Source of the DNA: Blastochloris sp.
GTDB lineage: Bacteria > Verrucomicrobiota > Verrucomicrobiia > Methylacidiphilales > JAAUTS01
Assembly: GCA_034440395.1 (NCBI GenBank)
Contig: JAWXBW010000069.1
Coordinates: 2,798-66,797 of the forward strand
Reading direction: 5' to 3'
Length of the DNA stretch: 64,000 nt
The translations under genes were made by a program, and so were the position numbers. Shown here in pieces: positions 19,779 to 29,120 of this stretch (the stretch's first letter is position 1; every line of letters starts with the position of its first letter). The notes below the pieces were generated by a model. That model was given only the letters and a program-made list of their open reading frames with translations, was not told the DNA's origin and did no database searches.

Positions 19779-20461
19779 CTCCTCGCCTCTTCCCAACGCT
19801 TCTGGGCGGTTCTCGGCACCACGGCATCTGTAAATCCGGGGCTCTGCTTAACCTCTGCGTAAAGTTCACGGAAGGATTGGGCGATACGTTCGTTTAGTTC
19901 CTCACGCGCTTGCTTACCTTTTAAAGCAGGGTTTAATTTTAACTCATCCCCTACTATAAAAAAGAGCGGAATGCGTTCACCCAGACGATAGCTGTAGTAA
20001 CGGTCTGTTCCTAAAAAAATAAAAGGCCGCACAGGAACACCTGACATCTCCGCTAAGATAGCCGCTCCCGGCTTTAGCTCAGCACCTTCTAAGACAGACT
20101 CTTTCCCTGAGCGTAAACCACCTTCTGGGAAGACACAAACGATCCGCCCCATCTCTAGCCTTTTTAGGGCTGTTCGGATCGCCCTTGTGTCCGTTTTTTT
20201 TCGGCTGACAGGGAACACGTCCAGATACGTAAAAAACCACGAAGCGTAGGGGTTAATAAATAACTCTTCCATCGCCATAAAATCAAGTCGGGGTCGGATA
20301 CACGCTAAGATAAAGCAAGGATCAAAATGGCTAATGTGATTCGAGACCAGAAGGCAAGGGCCAGGCGTAACTTTGTCTTGGCCAATTAAGACCACGTTAG
20401 CTGTGAGTTTAAGAAAAAACCGAAACAAGCATTGAAAAAAGTAGTATAAGACAGATCGCAT
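19775..20461 (-). CDS. lysophospholipid acyltransferase (PlsC/LPLAT family)
   Basis: HX4D motif NHISHFDP and the FPEGG block. Confidence 0.75.
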   Translation of the reverse strand: MRSVLYYFFQCLFRFFLKLTANVVLIGQDKVTPGPCLLVSNHISHFDPCFILACIRPRLDFMAMEELFINPYASWFFTYLDVFPVSRKKTDTRAIRTALKRLEMGRIVCVFPEGGLRSGKESVLEGAELKPGAAILAEMSGVPVRPFIFLGTDRYYSYRLGERIPLFFIVGDELKLNPALKGKQAREELNERIAQSFRELYAEVKQSPGFTDAVVPRTAQKRWEEARR

Positions 20462-20519
20462 CGTAGTTGCCGTTATGTTATTTATGATTTAAGTATATCA
20501 TTTAACCAGACTTATTTTT

Positions 20520-21980
20520 TTGAAACTTAAAGAATCAACTCGCGTTTTAGTCATTGGAGCAGGCCTAGCTGGTCTTGCCACAGCTTTGCGCCTCCAGCAG
20601 GCTGGAGCTCAGGTCACCATTCTGGAAAAAAACAAGCATCCTGGTGGTAAGCTCCAAGAGCATAAGGCCGCAGGTTACCGTTGGGACATGGGGCCTTCCC
20701 TCCTTACCATGCCTTTTGTCTTGGAAGATCTCTTCAAGGATTTAGGACTTACCTTAGAGAACTATCTAACCCTAAAAGAGGTTAACCCCATCTGTCGCTA
20801 TTTTTGGGATGATGGGCAAATAATCAACGAAGACGCTGCCTTTTTTCGGCGTCCGGATGTTAGTAGTTTCTTAAAATACTGTGCCGGTATTTACGACCTC
20901 TCCGCCGAAGCTTTTTTGATGCATCCACCCGAGGATTTCTGGAAGGCCTTCCAGCCCCGCCACTGGCGTAAGCTCAAGCATCTACCTAAAGTCGCCACGT
21001 TTAAAACTCTAGCAGAAAAAGTTAACGCCCACTTCTCAGACCCGAAACTACGCCAACTTTTTCAACGCTTTGCCACCTACAACGGAAGCAACCCAGCCCA
21101 AACACCAGCAACCTTCAACGTCATTCCTTACGTCGAAGCACATTACGGCGGTTGGTATGCGGACGGCGGAATGGCTCGCATTCCAGAAGTTCTCACAAAA
21201 ATTGCTCTTGAGCGTGGTGTTACCATTCGCTACGACAGCGAAGTCATCCGCTGCGACGGGCGTTCCGTTTTGACTAAAGACGAAAAAACATATCAAGCCG
21301 ACCTATTCGTGGTCAATGGCGACGCCATCCGTGCTTACCGTGATTGGTTGCGCGTTCCCGGCCACCGCAAACAATCAAAAAAAATGTCAGGTAAAGAATT
21401 GTCCCTCTCAGGCTTTGTCATGCTCTTAGGTGTTGCTCGCCGTTATCCACAACTGGCGCATCACAACATCTTTTTTAGTCGAGATTATGATCGGGAGTTT
21501 CAACAATTATTTAAGGAAAAATGTTTCCCTTGTGATCCGACTATTTATGTCAGCATCACCGCTCGTACTAACCCGGATCACGCTCCCGCGGGAGAAGATA
21601 ATTATTTTGTTCTAGTTAATGCCCCCTCCAACACGCACACGATCGACTGGGTTAAACAAAGTCCTAGCTTTGCCGAAGCCATTATTCGCCGCTTAGATGA
21701 ACATGGACTCAACGATCTTTCCAACCACATCACTTATCAACATCTCTTTACTCCAGCGGACTTCGCCTCACGAGACGTTAGCACTGAGGGAGCTCTCTAC
21801 GGGTGGGCCTCACATTCCCCTTTGACCGCCTTGCGCCGCCCACCCTTGCAATCACCTGACCACGACAGCCTCTACTTCGTAGGCGGCACGACCCACCCAG
21901 GTGGGGGCATACCTTTAGTCTTGCTGAGTGCACGCATGGTGGTAGATAAAATACTTAAATCACACGGGTCTAGCTCATGA
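20520..21980 (+). CDS. phytoene desaturase-family (CrtI/CrtD/CrtN-like) FAD oxidoreductase
   Basis: N-terminal dinucleotide fold VIGAGLAGLATALRL...ILEKNKHPGGK and C-terminal CrtI block YFVGGTTHPGGGIPLV. TTG start in the ORF track. Confidence 0.8.
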   Translation: MKLKESTRVLVIGAGLAGLATALRLQQAGAQVTILEKNKHPGGKLQEHKAAGYRWDMGPSLLTMPFVLEDLFKDLGLTLENYLTLKEVNPICRYFWDDGQIINEDAAFFRRPDVSSFLKYCAGIYDLSAEAFLMHPPEDFWKAFQPRHWRKLKHLPKVATFKTLAEKVNAHFSDPKLRQLFQRFATYNGSNPAQTPATFNVIPYVEAHYGGWYADGGMARIPEVLTKIALERGVTIRYDSEVIRCDGRSVLTKDEKTYQADLFVVNGDAIRAYRDWLRVPGHRKQSKKMSGKELSLSGFVMLLGVARRYPQLAHHNIFFSRDYDREFQQLFKEKCFPCDPTIYVSITARTNPDHAPAGEDNYFVLVNAPSNTHTIDWVKQSPSFAEAIIRRLDEHGLNDLSNHITYQHLFTPADFASRDVSTEGALYGWASHSPLTALRRPPLQSPDHDSLYFVGGTTHPGGGIPLVLLSARMVVDKILKSHGSSS

Positions 21981-22696
21981 AACTTCTTCCTTATCTTGAA
22001 AAAACTCTCTGGCCCATTTACCTTATCTGGTCCGCTATCGGTCTGGTGGCGACGCTTCTCAAGTTTGATGAGCCCATGATTAAGCAACTTGTGAAAATGG
22101 AATCGCTACAACCTTTTTTTAGCACATGTCTAAGTTGGGGTGATTTTATTTTTCACGCATTAGCAGCCGTAAATTTGCTTTTTGCTATGGGCCTCTATTT
22201 AGGTTGGAAGAGGACTTGGATTAGCTTTGCCGTGATCGGGCTTCTTTCTGCGACTGTAGAAACGATTGGGGCACGCACTGGTTTTCCTTTCGGTGCATAC
22301 TTTTACACCGATCGCATGGGTCCCATGATTGCTGAAACGTTGCCGTTAGCTATTCCCCTAGCATGGTGGAATATTTTAAGTTCGTTCTTTCTTCTCGTGC
22401 GTCACTTCCAGCCTAAGCTAAGCCCACGTTTCACTTGCTTAGCCGTGGCAGCTCTGGCCACGATTCTGGATTGGATTATGGAGCCATTCGCTTGGCGCAT
22501 TAAAGGTTACTGGATTTGGACGGCGGGCAGCATCCCCTTGCAAAATTACCTAGCATGGTTTACGTTAAGTTTTTTGCTCTGTCGCTTGAGCCCGATGTAT
22601 TCATGCTATCGCCCTTTGCTAGATAAACGCATTATAGCGGTGCCAGCTCTTATGCTAGTTTTCTTTATTGGAGCTAGGATTGTACACGGCGTGTGA
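21977..22696 (+). CDS. polytopic membrane protein, carotenoid biosynthesis protein family (DUF422/CruF-like)
   Basis: ~7 hydrophobic segments, 4-nt overlap with the crtI-family gene, Trp-rich loops. The family assignment is by context and by eye. Confidence 0.5.
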   Translation: MKLLPYLEKTLWPIYLIWSAIGLVATLLKFDEPMIKQLVKMESLQPFFSTCLSWGDFIFHALAAVNLLFAMGLYLGWKRTWISFAVIGLLSATVETIGARTGFPFGAYFYTDRMGPMIAETLPLAIPLAWWNILSSFFLLVRHFQPKLSPRFTCLAVAALATILDWIMEPFAWRIKGYWIWTAGSIPLQNYLAWFTLSFLLCRLSPMYSCYRPLLDKRIIAVPALMLVFFIGARIVHGV

Positions 22697-22726
22697 ATGT
22701 AGCGGGTACAGAAGGCGAACTACCCT

Positions 22727-23092
22727 TTATTTAACGACGATGCGCTTAGCGTCGCCCCAAAGTTCTTCGAGGCGATAAAATTTTCTTTTGTCCGAGTGCA
22801 TGACATGAATCATGACGATGCCGTAGTCCAGAATAATCCACTGACTAGAACTGCTGCCCTCGTAGCCGAAGGGGCTGACTTGACCGTCTTCGCGCATTCC
22901 TTGAATGATCGAGTTGGCGATTGCTTTGATTTGGGGATCCGATTGCCCAGAGCAGACGAGGAAGAATTGGGCTGGCCCGTTGAGTTCTCGTAAGTCGAGG
23001 ATGACAACATCCTCGGCTTTTTTATCGAGAGTCAGCTTAGCGCAGGCTTTAACCAATTTGAGGTCGTCGGATTTTTTTTTAACGGGAGGCAT
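22727..23092 (-). CDS. rsfS: ribosome silencing factor RsfS (iojap-like)
   Basis: Blocks DVVILDLRE, FFLVCSG and WIILDYGIVMIHVM...FYRLEELWGDA. Confidence 0.85.
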   Translation of the reverse strand: MPPVKKKSDDLKLVKACAKLTLDKKAEDVVILDLRELNGPAQFFLVCSGQSDPQIKAIANSIIQGMREDGQVSPFGYEGSSSSQWIILDYGIVMIHVMHSDKRKFYRLEELWGDAKRIVVK

Positions 23093-23122
23093 GATTTTAA
23101 TATGGGGATCAGTTACTCAAGA

Positions 23123-23800
23123 CTAGAATACGCTACGGTCAACTTGAATTTTGTCATCTGGGAACATGGGAACATCGTTAGCGGGATTGGTTAAAGCGGC
23201 CTGAGCGTTAAATTCAATAGCTTGCGTGCCTCTAAGAATACGAACTTTCCGGCGGTTTGCGTAATCGGTAAATCCACCACAGCTGGCAATTGCTCCGAGC
23301 GCCGTCAGATCTTTTGAATGAAAAAGACGTTGCGGTGCGCGCACTTCGCCCGTAACACTGACGTAGCGAGACTGTTGGGTTGTAACTGTAATGTTAGGGT
23401 TCGTATAAATTCTCTGCATCTTGTAGAGCGTCTCGATCTTTTCTTTAAGCTGCACGGTCGTTAAGTTGGCAGCAGGAACGGCTCCAATATGAGGCATGGA
23501 AACCTGTCCGCCTTCATCCACCTTAGTTTCATAAACGCCCTGCTCTGCATCGGGCACACCAGTTAGCCGGATGATGAGCGCATCACCAACACGCAGCAAG
23601 TCCTTACGTGCGTAAGGATCGGAAGTGGAGCCTGATGAGCTGGGGGTCATTGAAGTGTTAGAGAATGTAGGGGTCGAGGGTGTCGAGCCAGGGCCGCCAG
23701 CACAGCCGATCAAGGTAATAAGGCTAAATAACAAGCAAGCCCGTAACGCAAGAAGGCAAGGGGCGGTTTTAATAACTGTCTTTAGAGGAATCGGTTTCAT
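23123..23800 (-). CDS. polysaccharide export lipoprotein (Wza-like, Poly_export + SLBB)
   Basis: Lipobox-like SLITLIGC after MKPIPLK. Export-domain blocks GDALIIRL, VDEGGQVSMPHIG and YVSVTGEVRAP. Start set at Met51 of the track ORF, because the longer ORF runs 180 nt into the upstream gene. Confidence 0.75.
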   Translation of the reverse strand: MKPIPLKTVIKTAPCLLALRACLLFSLITLIGCAGGPGSTPSTPTFSNTSMTPSSSGSTSDPYARKDLLRVGDALIIRLTGVPDAEQGVYETKVDEGGQVSMPHIGAVPAANLTTVQLKEKIETLYKMQRIYTNPNITVTTQQSRYVSVTGEVRAPQRLFHSKDLTALGAIASCGGFTDYANRRKVRILRGTQAIEFNAQAALTNPANDVPMFPDDKIQVDRSVF

Positions 23801-25988
23801 GACTTTTTTGAGCATTCTGTTTCTGGCTGTTTTTCTTGAGGCGGCGTTTGTTTTCCTTGGCATTAGCTTGGGCGGACTTAAGGGTGCCGCCACCGCTTTC
23901 ACCATTATCATAGCCGTAGTAGCTGGTGTAGTAGTAGTAGGAATCATCACTACGTAAATGCACTTTATTTAAGACTACACCGCAGAAGCGGCCTTGTACT
24001 TCTTCCACGACCTTTTTGGCACGCCATGAGATGTTGCGTGGGTAACGCCTATGCTGAATGGCTAGGAGAGTCATATCCACTTCATGCACGATAACGGCAG
24101 CGTCACTGATCCCGAGAATGGGAGGAGAATCGAATAGAATAACCTCGTAGTGCGGACGGAGGATCTTCACGATTTCAGACATTTTAGCTGGACTAAGCGC
24201 ACCCATACATTTAGGAGGGAGTTTTCCTGCCGTAATCACTTGAAGATTAGGAATATCCGTATTGCGGATATAACTATCCAAAGAGCCGTAGCCTAAAAGG
24301 AAGTCAGCTAGGCCATTCACATTTTCAATACCAAGAATTGAATTGATAGAATGCCGTCTGAAGTCCGTATCGATTATGAGCGTACTGATACCGCTATAGG
24401 CACAAACATAAGCCAAATTAAATAAGGTTGTGCTCTTACCTTCTCCAGGGCCGCCACTAACAATCGTCAACGTGGTTGCGCCTGTATCTCGTGCCTTTAA
24501 ATCAATCTTGGCTCGCAGGATTCGGTAAGCTTCAGCGTTTGGAGAATCAGGGCCTTCAAGGTTGAGGGTGTTGACCCCTTCAGGTATGACTCCGACGACG
24601 GTTGTATTTAGATAGCGCTCGACGTCATCGAGTGATTTCACGCTTGTATCCAGATACTCGATAAAGAAAGCCAGAGAAACGCCTAATACTAGTCCAACGA
24701 CTACGCTTAAAGCCATGTTCAGCCTTAAGTTAGGCCTCACAGGAACCGAGCTAGCCTCGGCCTCACTGATCATCTCAACTGGCTTGATAGCTATGTTGCT
24801 GTCCACTTTGACCTGAGTGTAGCGGGCTGTGATAATTTCTAATAAAGATTCTTGGGTAGCTAACTCGCGCTTAGCATCTTCATACTCACGAATTGATCCT
24901 GTCCTTTTTTTACGGTTTGTTTCTTTCAACGAATCAACCTCTGCTTGGATGCTGGCGTTCTTACTTTCCTGCGCACTGTAATCAATTTCTAAGCCCTTGC
25001 GTATGCCCTCGAGCTGCTTACTCAGTTGGTCTTTAGTTTTTTCTACCAATGCAAGGGAAGCCTGCATTTTAGGATGCTCGGCGGCAAAACCCTGCTTCCT
25101 CATAGATTCGAGGTTTTGCTGGTTTTCAATTAAATTTGCTTTTAACAAGCTCAAGGTACTATCTTCAAATCCTAGAGCGGAAAGCGCATTAACCAGCTGG
25201 TCATTACTCAATTTGCGCACTTCTTGAATACGGACTTTGCGAGCTAATAGATCCGCCTTTGTTTCCGTGAGCTTAGCCTCGTTGCGTTGCAGCTCTAGTT
25301 CTTGTAGCGTCACGACCGCCCCGCGGCCTGGGCCAGAACCTTGATCATCTATCTCATAGAGTTTACGTAGGTCTTGAACTTTCTGGTTAGCGGTTTGTAC
25401 CGAATTGCGTTGTTTCTGTAACTGTTCTTCTACGACCCTTAGTCCCCCGCCTTTATTGCCTGTGATCTCAGCTACGCGATACTCCGCATAGTAGTTAGCT
25501 ATGGCATTGGCCCAATTTTTGGCATCATTAGGGTCTGTGTAAAAAACGGTGATTTCAATGAGCTTAGTATTACGGAAGGGTTGGACTCGTAAGTTTCCAC
25601 CTTTAAAACTATTAAAAAGAAAATCTTCATTTTCTTTATACGCATTAATGGGCAAGCCAGCTTTTAAGGCGAATTTTTCGTCGATTTTTTGTGCCTTTAA
25701 AACCGGAACTAAAATCTTCTTAGACTGAATGGTTTCAAATTCTGTTTGAAAATCTATGGTGTTAAAGGGATTGGCCTCATCCTGCATGAAGTTCAACTGC
25801 TTATTCTCACCCGTGCTGACCTTAACCAACGCTGAGGAGGAATAAACTTTTTCTATAGAGCGCGTATAAAAAAAAGCTGTTGCAACCACTAAAACAAAAA
25901 GAATAGCAATAATAGGCCAGCGGTTTTTTACGACGCGCCAATAATCACTAAAATGAAGACTTACTTCTGTATTCTCTGCCATAGGCAA
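23769..25988 (-). CDS. polysaccharide co-polymerase / tyrosine autokinase (Wzc/GumC-like)
   Basis: N-terminal Wzz-type TM plus long coiled coil, a second TM, Walker A GGPGEGKSTT, and a C-terminal Tyr cluster DDSYYYYTSYYGYD. Confidence 0.85.
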   Translation of the reverse strand: MPMAENTEVSLHFSDYWRVVKNRWPIIAILFVLVVATAFFYTRSIEKVYSSSALVKVSTGENKQLNFMQDEANPFNTIDFQTEFETIQSKKILVPVLKAQKIDEKFALKAGLPINAYKENEDFLFNSFKGGNLRVQPFRNTKLIEITVFYTDPNDAKNWANAIANYYAEYRVAEITGNKGGGLRVVEEQLQKQRNSVQTANQKVQDLRKLYEIDDQGSGPGRGAVVTLQELELQRNEAKLTETKADLLARKVRIQEVRKLSNDQLVNALSALGFEDSTLSLLKANLIENQQNLESMRKQGFAAEHPKMQASLALVEKTKDQLSKQLEGIRKGLEIDYSAQESKNASIQAEVDSLKETNRKKRTGSIREYEDAKRELATQESLLEIITARYTQVKVDSNIAIKPVEMISEAEASSVPVRPNLRLNMALSVVVGLVLGVSLAFFIEYLDTSVKSLDDVERYLNTTVVGVIPEGVNTLNLEGPDSPNAEAYRILRAKIDLKARDTGATTLTIVSGGPGEGKSTTLFNLAYVCAYSGISTLIIDTDFRRHSINSILGIENVNGLADFLLGYGSLDSYIRNTDIPNLQVITAGKLPPKCMGALSPAKMSEIVKILRPHYEVILFDSPPILGISDAAVIVHEVDMTLLAIQHRRYPRNISWRAKKVVEEVQGRFCGVVLNKVHLRSDDSYYYYTSYYGYDNGESGGGTLKSAQANAKENKRRLKKNSQKQNAQKSHETDSSKDSY

Positions 25989-26033
25989 TCATGGCAAATA
26001 CAATCAATTTTGTAAACTGCCAAGAATGGAAAG

Positions 26034-27236
26034 TTAATAGGTTCCGCGAATACCGATATAAACTTGGTTACGCTCAAACTCACGACCAAATACATTGGAG
26101 TCACTCATGCTCCGAATATAGCCGGCATCCGTCGAGAGCCAGTCCGTCCAAGCGTAGGAAGCCCTTAATTGCGCGCTAAATGTATTTTCGTAAAACGATT
26201 GATTAACAGGAATCAGAGACTGATTCTGGTCAAAGGATGCCAAGGCATATTGCGCGCTTAAAGATGTGGAAAATCTGGCAGTCCACGCATGGGAAACTCC
26301 TAGATCAAAGGTGTGAGTTTGCTGGTTACCGAAGACTGCGGCATCGGTGACTTGGGTGCGGAAACTATAGCCAGCGGTAAAGGAACTTCTGGGCAGAAAG
26401 TTCCAAACTGACTTAATGTTAGCGTAAGGGCCTAGGTTATCATCTAAAATAGGGTTTTCATTCATCAAATATTGCGCCCCGACACGACCACTGATCAACC
26501 ATTCACGTAACAAATAGTGATCTGCCCCTACCGTCAAAGTGTGAGTGTCAAAATCACGAGGACTCTTTTCGTAATCAAACGTATCATAGGCGTAAGCAAC
26601 CACCGCCGTCGTTGTAGGGAGCACGCTGAGTCGGAAGTCTTGGGTGACGCCATGTTTAACATAATCATTCCCTAAAGAAATAATAGGATCTTCGTAGGAA
26701 GCTATGGTGTTGTTATAGCCTGTCACGGTAGAGAAACGCTCTGTCCACGCATAGGTGGCATCTAGATTTAAATCGTTGCTGTAACCATTACCGAGACGGC
26801 GATTCACCGCAACGCCATTGCCTAACTCTGGCTCCGCCGAGTATTTAAAACGGTTACGTAAATCTATTTCAAACCGTTCCGTAAACTTATGATTAACCCT
26901 TCCGACAAAGGTATGCCCCATATCCCATTCGTCACCTTGGCGGTCATTGTAATAAGTGGCATCAAATAAATAACTAAAAGAAAACATGGTTTGATCCATG
27001 GGATACTTGAAAATGAATTCTGGTGAAATGATCGTCTTGAAAGAACTTTCTTCATTGACTGAAGATGCATTGATGTTGTCATCGTACTCTTCGCGTAAGT
27101 TAACCGAGATGGTGTAGGGCTTACCTGTACTAAATTGTCCTGCACGGGCGTCGTTCTGAGCCAACCCAAAGTTAGGGAAGCAGACCGAGGCCAAAACCAA
27201 TGCCGTCAGCAAAAGATATTTTACGATAAAATTCAT
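26034..27236 (-). CDS. outer-membrane beta-barrel protein associated with the EPS export locus
   Basis: Signal peptide MNFIVKYLLLTALVLASVCFPNFGLAQ, alternating aromatic/polar strand pattern, C-terminal IGIRGTY. Start set at Met12 of the track ORF. Confidence 0.6.
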   Translation of the reverse strand: MNFIVKYLLLTALVLASVCFPNFGLAQNDARAGQFSTGKPYTISVNLREEYDDNINASSVNEESSFKTIISPEFIFKYPMDQTMFSFSYLFDATYYNDRQGDEWDMGHTFVGRVNHKFTERFEIDLRNRFKYSAEPELGNGVAVNRRLGNGYSNDLNLDATYAWTERFSTVTGYNNTIASYEDPIISLGNDYVKHGVTQDFRLSVLPTTTAVVAYAYDTFDYEKSPRDFDTHTLTVGADHYLLREWLISGRVGAQYLMNENPILDDNLGPYANIKSVWNFLPRSSFTAGYSFRTQVTDAAVFGNQQTHTFDLGVSHAWTARFSTSLSAQYALASFDQNQSLIPVNQSFYENTFSAQLRASYAWTDWLSTDAGYIRSMSDSNVFGREFERNQVYIGIRGTY

Positions 27237-27379
27237 AAATTTAATTATGATTTGCCCTGCGTAGAACAAATCTCAAAACCGACTTTGTAAGTTTATTTAA
27301 AATAGTCAAAACAAATAATTTTACGCCCAAGTATATGTTAGTAAGTTCATTGAGCCTTATTTTACATCTATATACGTAA

Positions 27380-29113
27380 TTAACGCCATCTTGGTCTATC
27401 TGCAAATAAGAGGTAGTCTTGCTCTATATTCGGAGGTAAAGCTGTAAAAAAGGGCAGAGGCAGATCTTTCAGATCCGTTCGTTTAATCAAGGCCGCCCAC
27501 TCACTGTACTCCCCAGTCTGGATTTGGCTAAGCATCTTGCGATTACTCGTCTCTGGGGTAAACAGCATGGCGGCAATCCGAAATTTAAAGTCATTCATTT
27601 CATAGAAATCCTTTTTCTTTAAAGGAATCCAGACGGAAACTCGATCAGAATACCAAGCCGAAGCCCATGGTATGTCAGACGAAAAGATTTCATTTGGTTC
27701 CACCCAGTCTTTGATAAAAAATAGCACAGGCGGGAAGTAAGGCGGATAGGCAAAGCGTGGCGGATTTCGTTGCAGAATATTAATGCCTAAAGGGATTAAT
27801 TGGATGAATAAAACCACCGCTATAATTGGTAGTTGTAAAATTCTCGACGGCAATTTGAGTCGATCTAGGAGGAGAGCCAGAAAAGCCGTCCCAAAGGCCG
27901 CCAGAACAGGAACAAGTACGATCAACCCATTTAACTCCAACTTTTCTTGAGGATCTGATTGCTTGACTATTACCGCATTTAGCACAAATAAAACGGAACT
28001 AGCCGCTAGCCAAAAATAAAGGCTATTCTGAACATTAGTTTTTTTGTAGGTGTGAAAAAGAGCGACAAAGAATAACCCAGGTAAAAGAAAGCCTCCTAAG
28101 TAAAATCCAAGATTTTCCACCTGATTACCTAACCCCAGAGCCATCGCCGTTATAAGCTGCTTAAGTCCGATTGAGCCACCTAAGGAATCACTAAACGTGC
28201 GCCACAGTGAAGAATCATAGCTATATACCTGAACCCATGCATACCCAAACGGGTTGCCCGATAAATTAATGTTACGGATCAACCACGGCATAGAAATCAA
28301 CAACGGCACTCCTATCGAAATAACCAGTGCCGCCACACGGTTTCGGAAGAGAAAACCTGCGACCAAAATCAATGTTAAAGGTAACGCAACCATGGAATAC
28401 CTAGTCATGAAGGCCAGCCCTGCAACGATAGCAGCCAGCCCGAGCCATAACATAGGTGTGAGAGTTGAACCCTCCTCATCCTCATCCGCACTAAATGCCT
28501 CATTCAAAGCCGCACCTAAACAGCAAATCAGCAACAGGAGCAATGGCACATTCAATCCTGAAATAACAAATTCCCAAATTGAATTGGTGAAAATAAACAA
28601 AAGAGAAGCCACGATAGCCACGCGATCATCAAATGCCCGTATCATCCATGTATAAAAAACAGCTATTGCTAACACTAAACAAACTAAGTTAAACCCACCC
28701 ATAACCATTTCAGGCCGGAACGTGGTAAAATCCTTTAACTTTGTTTTATCAACCTCAAAGGAAACTCCCGTCACCTTAAACGCTGCCGCTAAGAGATACG
28801 GATAAACCGGTGGATTAACCAGATCAGGCATGGCTTGAAAATCAACTTCTTCTTTAGCCTTACCCTCCGTGGAATACTTGAGAATGATGGGCCGGATAAA
28901 CTTGGTCGTAAACCCCTCCCCCTGCGAAATCTGCCGCGCAATCTGCGCCTGATCCATCGCCTCAGGTTGTTTTAGTCCATTAAACTGAGTGCCTAAATAA
29001 TATCCACCTAAAAGCAAAACGATAAATAATACCGCAGCTCTTAACATCCATTTCCGTAAATCCCCCACTTCAAGCGAGTACACTAAATCTTGCAGATTAC
29101 TCATATAAAACAC
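27380..29113 (-). CDS. large polytopic membrane protein (possible ArnT/PMT-like glycosyltransferase or polymerase)
   Basis: More than 10 hydrophobic segments followed by a ~110-aa soluble tail. I recognised no exosortase CSG-type motif. Function is uncertain. Confidence 0.35.
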   Translation of the reverse strand: MFYMSNLQDLVYSLEVGDLRKWMLRAAVLFIVLLLGGYYLGTQFNGLKQPEAMDQAQIARQISQGEGFTTKFIRPIILKYSTEGKAKEEVDFQAMPDLVNPPVYPYLLAAAFKVTGVSFEVDKTKLKDFTTFRPEMVMGGFNLVCLVLAIAVFYTWMIRAFDDRVAIVASLLFIFTNSIWEFVISGLNVPLLLLLICCLGAALNEAFSADEDEEGSTLTPMLWLGLAAIVAGLAFMTRYSMVALPLTLILVAGFLFRNRVAALVISIGVPLLISMPWLIRNINLSGNPFGYAWVQVYSYDSSLWRTFSDSLGGSIGLKQLITAMALGLGNQVENLGFYLGGFLLPGLFFVALFHTYKKTNVQNSLYFWLAASSVLFVLNAVIVKQSDPQEKLELNGLIVLVPVLAAFGTAFLALLLDRLKLPSRILQLPIIAVVLFIQLIPLGINILQRNPPRFAYPPYFPPVLFFIKDWVEPNEIFSSDIPWASAWYSDRVSVWIPLKKKDFYEMNDFKFRIAAMLFTPETSNRKMLSQIQTGEYSEWAALIKRTDLKDLPLPFFTALPPNIEQDYLLFADRPRWR

Positions 29114-29120
29114 TTCCCCT

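Noticed and set aside
23801-23950. The track ORF for the Wza-like gene extends 150 nt further upstream (275 aa), deep into the 3' end of the Wzc gene.
   Set aside because: The extension encodes low-complexity text (MMIPTTTTPATTAMIM...). A Met followed by a lipoprotein-type signal (MKPIPLK...LIGC) occurs at 23800, so the long form is most likely an artefact of an open frame.
25989-27379. Candidate sigma-54 promoters (TGGCA-containing strings such as TTGGCAGTTTACAAAATTGA upstream of wzc, and TTGGGCGTAAAATTATTTG upstream of the OM-barrel gene).
   Set aside because: The GG-to-GC spacing does not fit the -24/-12 consensus in either case.
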